From Roseibacillus sp. (GTDB lineage Bacteria; Verrucomicrobiota; Verrucomicrobiia; Verrucomicrobiales; Akkermansiaceae): DNA of 64,000 bases. How positions within the stretch are numbered: position 1 is the first letter of the stretch; every line of letters begins with the position of its first letter. The stretch is taken from contig CBDEUM010000014.1 in the NCBI GenBank assembly GCA_965242925.1, positions 96,001-160,000 of the forward strand, in the 5' to 3' direction. This document shows, one piece after another, positions 58,472-64,000 of this stretch. The notes beneath the pieces were generated by a model that saw nothing but the letters and a program-made list of their open reading frames with translations, did not search any database and was not told the DNA's origin. A program made the translations under genes and the position numbers.

Positions 58472-58841
58472 TACTGCCCTGAAAGGCAGGGAAAAGGGTT
58501 TACGCTGCTCAAGGAGGATTCGTCACAAATTAAGTTTTAGCCAATAAGAGACAGGACGACAACTCCCGATTCTGCCGCCCATTGATCCGTAAATCCCCTG
58601 AATGAGTCACGGTCACTCCCCTCCCGCCTCTTGCAGCCCGGGCAGAAGCCGGCTTTCAATTATTCGGAATCAACTGAACCTGAAGCAACCTCGTCTGCTT
58701 GTCTGATGGATTCGAACACCTGCTAACCCTTCCGGGGGGCCTTCCGGACGCTCGCTCAGGCCTATCACCTTGTGCCTCTCTCAGAACATTTTATGCTCAA
58801 TCTACCACCCCCTCCTTCTGCAACGCATTCCCTCACAGCCC

Positions 58842-61800
58842 ATGTCCTCCCCCTTCCGTGCATGCTGGTTCCTTCCGGGCCTCCTCCTGCTGACTGCCTC
58901 CCCCTCCCTTCCAGCTGCCGACATCATCTGGATCACCGAAAACACGGACCAGAACAATCCCCCGTCACCCGACGACTCCGGTTGGACGGATCTGCTCACC
59001 AGTGCAGGCCACACCGTCAACCGGTTGACGGTGACCAGCCTCGACTCCGATCCCGACAGCCTCGACCGGATGAACGCTAGCGACCTCGTGATCGTCAGCC
59101 GGGATACGAACAGCGGCACCTATGCCAGCAACACCTCCGAGGTCACCGCGTGGAATGATATAGCCACACCCCTGATCCAGATGAGTGCCTACCTTGTGCG
59201 CTCCAACCGCTGGAAGTGGCTCAACAACACCGGCACTCCGATCGCCTCCGGTCCGGATCTCCAGATCCGGGATCCTGCTCATCCGATCTTCGCAGGGATC
59301 ACCCCGGACGACCGCAACCAGTTCGTTCTGCTCACGAACGGAACCGTGAATGTCACTAACCAGTCGAACGCCGGGAACGGAACGGTCCTTGCCACCGACC
59401 CGGGAACCGGAAATCTCTGGATCGCATTCTGGGAACCTGCCACGGAATTCTATGCCGGATCAGGTCAAACGCCAGCAGCTCCGCGGCTCTGGTTTGCCGG
59501 AGGGGAGAGCGCCAACAACCCCAAGGGTGGCGAGAACTTCTCCTCCGCGGGCGAAACGGTTTTCCTGAACGCCGTCAACTGGATGGCCGACGTAACTGTC
59601 GATCCGCCCACCGTGATTAACGGTAGCGGCCAGGAGATCTCCACCAGAACCGCCACTGTGACGGGAGAAGTGACTGACACCGGGGGCGCCCCTCCCAATG
59701 TGACGGTTTACTACGGCAACAACAACGGAGGCACCGATCCGGACGCCTGGAATGCCGGTATCGAAGCTGGCGTCCAGGCGGGAATCTTCTCCACCGCCCT
59801 GACCGGACTCACCCCGGGCACCACCTACTACTACCGCTCCTTTGCAAGCAATTCCGGCGGAGACGACTGGGCCGATTCAAGCACCTCATTTACCACCCTC
59901 ACCCCGCCCACCCCCCCGACGGTGGTCAACTCCCCCGCCAGCAATGTGGGCTTCGCCTCCGCCGAGATCGGCGGGCAGGTCACCGCCACTGGCGGAGAAA
60001 ACCCCACCGTGCTCATCTACTGGGGCGACAACAACGGCGGCACCACCCCGGAATCGTGGGACCAGTTCAACGACCTCTCCACTCAGGATGGGGCCTTCGT
60101 GGACGCCCTTGCCAACCTCACCGACGGGGTCACCTACTACTTCCGCTGCTTCGCCTCCAACTCGGGTGGCTCCGCCTGGGCGGCTTCCACCGGGAGCTTC
60201 ACCACCCTGACCTTCGGTCTCGCCTCCCTCACCAACTCCGCCGCGACCAACGTCGCGGGCGTCTCAGCGCAAATCAATGGCACCGTCACCGCCACCGGTG
60301 GTGACAGCCCGGTGGTCGAGATCCACTACGGCACCACCAACGGAGGCACGAACCCGGGATCCTGGGACTCCTCCGTGACCATCGGCACCCAGTCGGGCTC
60401 CTTTTCCACCGCGCTCAACTCCCTCGCCGCCAGCACCACCTACTTCTTCACCGCTTCAGGAACCAACATCGCCGGACAAGGGTGGGCCACACCCTCGCTC
60501 AGCTTCACCACCCCTGAGATCTCCGACCTCGTCATCAACGAATTCATGGCATCCAACGGGGGCGGCACTCCGGCTCCGAACCAGGTGCCCGGCGCCACTG
60601 AGGACTGGATCGAGATTCACAACCGGGGTAACACCACCGTCAGCCTCGCCGGCTGGCACCTTACCGACAGCGCAGGGAACCTGAACAAGTGGACCTTTCC
60701 CCCGGGAATCACCCTAGCGATGGGCGATTTCCTGGTGGTCTTCGCCTCCGGCAACAACGCGCCGGACGCCAATGGCAACCTGCACACCAACTTCAGTTTG
60801 AGCGCAGGCGGCGAGTACGTCGCGCTGGTCCGCCCCTCGCTCACCGTGGCCAGCGAGTTCGGACCCAGCGCCATGAACTACCCCTCGCAGCAATCCGACA
60901 TCTCCTACGGACTCCATCCCAGCACCCTGGAGTCGGTCTACTTCCAGACCCCCACCCCCGACGCTCCCAACGATGCCGGCGGACAACTGCTGGTCGAGGA
61001 CACCCAGTTCAGCCACAAGCGCGGCTACTACACCTCGGCCATCAACCTCTCCCTCACCACCAACACCCCCGGTGCCACGATCCGCTACACCCTGGATGGG
61101 ACCGTGCCCACCCAATCCACCAACGGCAGCACCTACTCCAGAGCGATCCCGATCAACACCACCACCGTGCTGCGCGTGCGGGCCTTCAAGAGAGGCCTGC
61201 AGGAGACCAAGGTGGACACCCAGAGCTACATCTTTCCAAGCTCAGTGGGCACCCAAACCCGGCCTTCCGGTTACCCGACGAGGTGGGGAAGTGAGCCCAC
61301 CGCCGACTACAACGTGGACATTCAGATCACCCAGTCGCGCCAGTACCGTGCCCGCTTCCTGGAAGGGCTGCGGGACATTCCCACTCTCTCGGTCACCGGC
61401 GAGGAGGACGACTTCTTTGGTTCGAACGGGATCTACGTCGACACCCAGGACCGCAATATCGAAGCCGCCGTCTCCGCCGAATACTTCCATCCCGGCCCCG
61501 TGACCGACGGCGTCAACATCGAGAACGGGTTCCAGATCGACTGCGGATGCAAGCTGCAGGGCGGTGCCAGCCGCACTCCGAGCAAGGCGATCAAGCACTC
61601 CTTCAGCCTGCGCTTCCGCGACCTCTACGGGGCCGGGAAACTCAACTACCCGGTCTTCGATGGGACCACTGTCACTACTTTCGACAGCATCCACCTGCGA
61701 GCCATGTACAACAACTCGTGGATCCACAGCAACAGCGGCCAGCGCGCCCGTGCCACCATGATCCGCGACCAGTGGGCACGTGACTGCATGATCGACATGG

Positions 61801-64000
61801 GCAATGCCGACGGTGGGCAGGGGCACTTCGTGCACTTCTACATCAACGGCATCTACTGGGGCGTCTTCAACCTCCACGAGCGCCTCGAAAACGACCACTA
61901 CGCAGCCTACAACAACTATGAAGACGACGAAGTGCTCGGGCTGAATCCGGGCAGAATCACCTCGGAGGAGAACAGTTCCTTCAATGCCATGAAAGCGGTC
62001 GTCACGAATTCTCGCAGCCCCTGGTCCCGGATCCAGACCGTCCTCGACGTCGACAATTACATCGACTTCGTCATCACCGAGTACTTTGGCCGCAACGCCG
62101 ATTTGAAATCCAACGACAACTGGCGCGCGGCGGGCGGAGGCAGCGCCAACGCCCCCTGGCGCTTCTACTGCTGGGACACCGAGAGAATCCTTGAGGACCA
62201 TACCTCCACCAGCGCCCCCAGCAACAGCGGATCCCTCGACGGAGCCCTTATCTTCGATAATCTCGAGGACCACCGCGAGTTCCGGGTCCGCTTCGCCGAT
62301 CGTGCCTACAAGCACCTCTTCCATGGCGGAGCCCTCACCAACCTTGAGAACCGCGGCCGCTTTCAGAATTACGCCGACCAGATCGACACCGCGATCGTGT
62401 GCGAGTCCGCCCGCTGGGGCGACGACCGGAGCGGAGGGGGATTCAGTGCCAACTACGCACGCAACGAAAACTGGACTCGTGCAGTGTACGGAACTCCAGG
62501 CGGACCGGGCACGAGCCCGAGCAACGGCGTGCTGGGCTCCTGGTTCCCGACTTCAGGAACCAACCGTACCGACCGCATGATCAGCGCCTGGCAATCGAAA
62601 AGATTTTCGGGCAGCTCCGACACCTACCTCGGGACCATCACGGCACCTCTCTTCACCGTCAACGGGGGGAACCAGCACGGCGGTGAAATCCCCGGCGCCG
62701 GAACGCTCTCCGCCACCGCGCCCTCCGGATCGATCTACTACACCACCGATGGGACTGATCCGCGCCTCGAAGGCGGCAGTCTCGCGCCCGGGGCGATCCT
62801 CCTCTCCGGCGGGATGACCTTGCCCGCCAGTGGACTGGTCCGCATGAGGGCCCGGGTGGGCCGCGCCGATTCGTGGTCACCGCTGAGCGAGGCCATCTTC
62901 TATCTCGAACGCCGCGCCACCGCCTCCGATCTGCGCATCACCGAGATCAATTACAATGCAGCCCGCGCCAACGCAGTGGAAGCCGAAGCCGGGGCGAATC
63001 TGGCGACTCCCCGCCTCTTCACCGGTGGGGATTTCGAGTTCATCGAGATCTGCAATGTCAGCACCACTGCCGTCAACCTTGATGGGGTGAAGTTCACAAA
63101 CGGGCTCACCTTCACCTTCCCCGTCACCAACCTTCCCGCGGGTGGATACGTGGTGGTGGTCGAAGACCTGGAAGCATTTGAAGTGCGCTACGGCAAGGAC
63201 CCCACGGTGGCAGGACAGTTTGCCGGCACCCTCGAAAACGATGGCGAACGCATTGCCTTCGCGATCTGGAACGGCACCGGTGGCCAGGACTTCACCTTCG
63301 ACGACGGAGGAACCTGGCCGGGACGAGCCGACGGATTCGGATCCTCACTTGAAATCATCGACACTGCCGGCGACTACGGAAACTCGGAGAACTGGCGTTC
63401 CAGTTGCCAATACAATGGCTCACCGGGTGCTCTCGGAGCCGGCCTCGACGGTCGCATCGTAGTCAACGAGGTCCTCACTAACACCAATCTCCCCGCCGTC
63501 GATCGCATCGAACTTCACAACACCACCGGGGCCTCGATCCCGGTGGCCAATTGGTACCTCTCCGATGCCAATACCAACTACCGGAAGTTCCGTATTTCCT
63601 CCGGCAGCATTCCCGCCGGGGGCTACCTGGATTGGGACGAGAGCGACTTCAATGCCAACCAGAATATCGCCCTTTCTTCCTATTCCGGCACCATTGCGGC
63701 CACTCCCACCACGGTCTCCGATGCCGCACACGGCCTGTCGACGGGAGACGTCATCACGATCTCGGGATACGGCGGAATAGGGGGCTACAACAACACTTTC
63801 GAGGTAACGGTCCTCAATGCCGACAGCTTCACCATTCCGGTTCCCTTCCTTGACAATCACAGCACCAAGGGAACTTACACCAGCGGCGAACCCTTCGCGC
63901 TTTCCTCGCAGGGTGATGACCTCTGGTTGCTCGAGGCGGACGGCGCGGGCAAGTTGCTCAAGTTTGTTGACGCCGTCGAATTCGCGGCTGCCCGCAGCAG
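58842..64000 (+). CDS. Large secreted CotH-family kinase with 3 FN3-like repeats, lamin-tail domains and CHB_HEX_C-like domains; 3' end runs off the window (>1700 aa)
   Basis: Manual translation from ATG 58842 (signal MSSPFRACWFLPGLLLLTASPSLPA); same frame at the window end. TYYYRSFASN repeats, LVINEFMASN..EDWIEIHN, IRYTLDG, QGGASR..KHSFSLRFR, IRDQW, YINGIYWGVFNLHER, WRFYCWDTE. Confidence 0.88.
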   Translation, partial: MSSPFRACWFLPGLLLLTASPSLPAADIIWITENTDQNNPPSPDDSGWTDLLTSAGHTVNRLTVTSLDSDPDSLDRMNASDLVIVSRDTNSGTYASNTSEVTAWNDIATPLIQMSAYLVRSNRWKWLNNTGTPIASGPDLQIRDPAHPIFAGITPDDRNQFVLLTNGTVNVTNQSNAGNGTVLATDPGTGNLWIAFWEPATEFYAGSGQTPAAPRLWFAGGESANNPKGGENFSSAGETVFLNAVNWMADVTVDPPTVINGSGQEISTRTATVTGEVTDTGGAPPNVTVYYGNNNGGTDPDAWNAGIEAGVQAGIFSTALTGLTPGTTYYYRSFASNSGGDDWADSSTSFTTLTPPTPPTVVNSPASNVGFASAEIGGQVTATGGENPTVLIYWGDNNGGTTPESWDQFNDLSTQDGAFVDALANLTDGVTYYFRCFASNSGGSAWAASTGSFTTLTFGLASLTNSAATNVAGVSAQINGTVTATGGDSPVVEIHYGTTNGGTNPGSWDSSVTIGTQSGSFSTALNSLAASTTYFFTASGTNIAGQGWATPSLSFTTPEISDLVINEFMASNGGGTPAPNQVPGATEDWIEIHNRGNTTVSLAGWHLTDSAGNLNKWTFPPGITLAMGDFLVVFASGNNAPDANGNLHTNFSLSAGGEYVALVRPSLTVASEFGPSAMNYPSQQSDISYGLHPSTLESVYFQTPTPDAPNDAGGQLLVEDTQFSHKRGYYTSAINLSLTTNTPGATIRYTLDGTVPTQSTNGSTYSRAIPINTTTVLRVRAFKRGLQETKVDTQSYIFPSSVGTQTRPSGYPTRWGSEPTADYNVDIQITQSRQYRARFLEGLRDIPTLSVTGEEDDFFGSNGIYVDTQDRNIEAAVSAEYFHPGPVTDGVNIENGFQIDCGCKLQGGASRTPSKAIKHSFSLRFRDLYGAGKLNYPVFDGTTVTTFDSIHLRAMYNNSWIHSNSGQRARATMIRDQWARDCMIDMGNADGGQGHFVHFYINGIYWGVFNLHERLENDHYAAYNNYEDDEVLGLNPGRITSEENSSFNAMKAVVTNSRSPWSRIQTVLDVDNYIDFVITEYFGRNADLKSNDNWRAAGGGSANAPWRFYCWDTERILEDHTSTSAPSNSGSLDGALIFDNLEDHREFRVRFADRAYKHLFHGGALTNLENRGRFQNYADQIDTAIVCESARWGDDRSGGGFSANYARNENWTRAVYGTPGGPGTSPSNGVLGSWFPTSGTNRTDRMISAWQSKRFSGSSDTYLGTITAPLFTVNGGNQHGGEIPGAGTLSATAPSGSIYYTTDGTDPRLEGGSLAPGAILLSGGMTLPASGLVRMRARVGRADSWSPLSEAIFYLERRATASDLRITEINYNAARANAVEAEAGANLATPRLFTGGDFEFIEICNVSTTAVNLDGVKFTNGLTFTFPVTNLPAGGYVVVVEDLEAFEVRYGKDPTVAGQFAGTLENDGERIAFAIWNGTGGQDFTFDDGGTWPGRADGFGSSLEIIDTAGDYGNSENWRSSCQYNGSPGALGAGLDGRIVVNEVLTNTNLPAVDRIELHNTTGASIPVANWYLSDANTNYRKFRISSGSIPAGGYLDWDESDFNANQNIALSSYSGTIAATPTTVSDAAHGLSTGDVITISGYGGIGGYNNTFEVTVLNADSFTIPVPFLDNHSTKGTYTSGEPFALSSQGDDLWLLEADGAGKLLKFVDAVEFAAARS
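59605..60514 (+). repeat. Three diverged ~100-aa FN3-like coding repeats
   Basis: Each has G.VT.TGG..P.V..Y(Y/W)G..NGGT.P..W...F...L..L...TYY(Y/F)...SFTT; boundaries approximate. Confidence 0.8.

Noticed and set aside
58472..58841. Pho box or riboswitch in the VTC/CotH divergent region
   Set aside because: Only isolated gtcac half-sites without 11-bp tandem spacing; no recognisable riboswitch.

Overview
GC-rich (~60-65%) bacterial DNA. Gene content (several DUF1501 and DUF1549/DUF1553 pairs, DUF1552/DUF1592, PVC-type haem-binding dehydrogenase, H-X9-DG prepilin-like protein, lamin-tail/CotH giant) points to the PVC superphylum, probably Verrucomicrobiota (inference). Left to right: (1) 1-15.9 kb: accessory region running off the 3' end of tRNA-Ser(GGA), with two degenerate att-like copies (9665, 11352), a low-GC DUF1552/DUF1592 island, two DUF1501/PSD1 pairs, an esterase, a sialidase and several gene stubs; no integrase. 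(2) 16-24 kb: orphan TpsB (ShlB/FhaC) pore divergent from a beta-propeller/I9/(LPD)7/subtilase and a membrane-anchored TPR-CHAT protease. (3) 24-28.5 kb: FAH-family and YjhG/YagF-like dehydratases, a DUF6807-type protein and a stub. (4) tRNA-Ala(CGC), then senB-senA-like selenoneine genes with no selD nearby, and a secreted clan-CD peptidase. (5) 33-50 kb: sulfatase, PVC dehydrogenase, SGNH, ThuA and sialidase genes, a small Cys-rich protein, and a five-gene DUF1501 operon. (6) MBOAT + SGNH + O-acetylesterase + SSS pseudogene. (7) 54-64 kb: prenyltransferase-repeat protein and prepilin, plus a VTC polyphosphate polymerase + DUF4956 unit divergent from a >1700-aa secreted CotH kinase, the best candidate for an uncharacterised system. 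All family calls come from motif recognition by eye; no searches were run.
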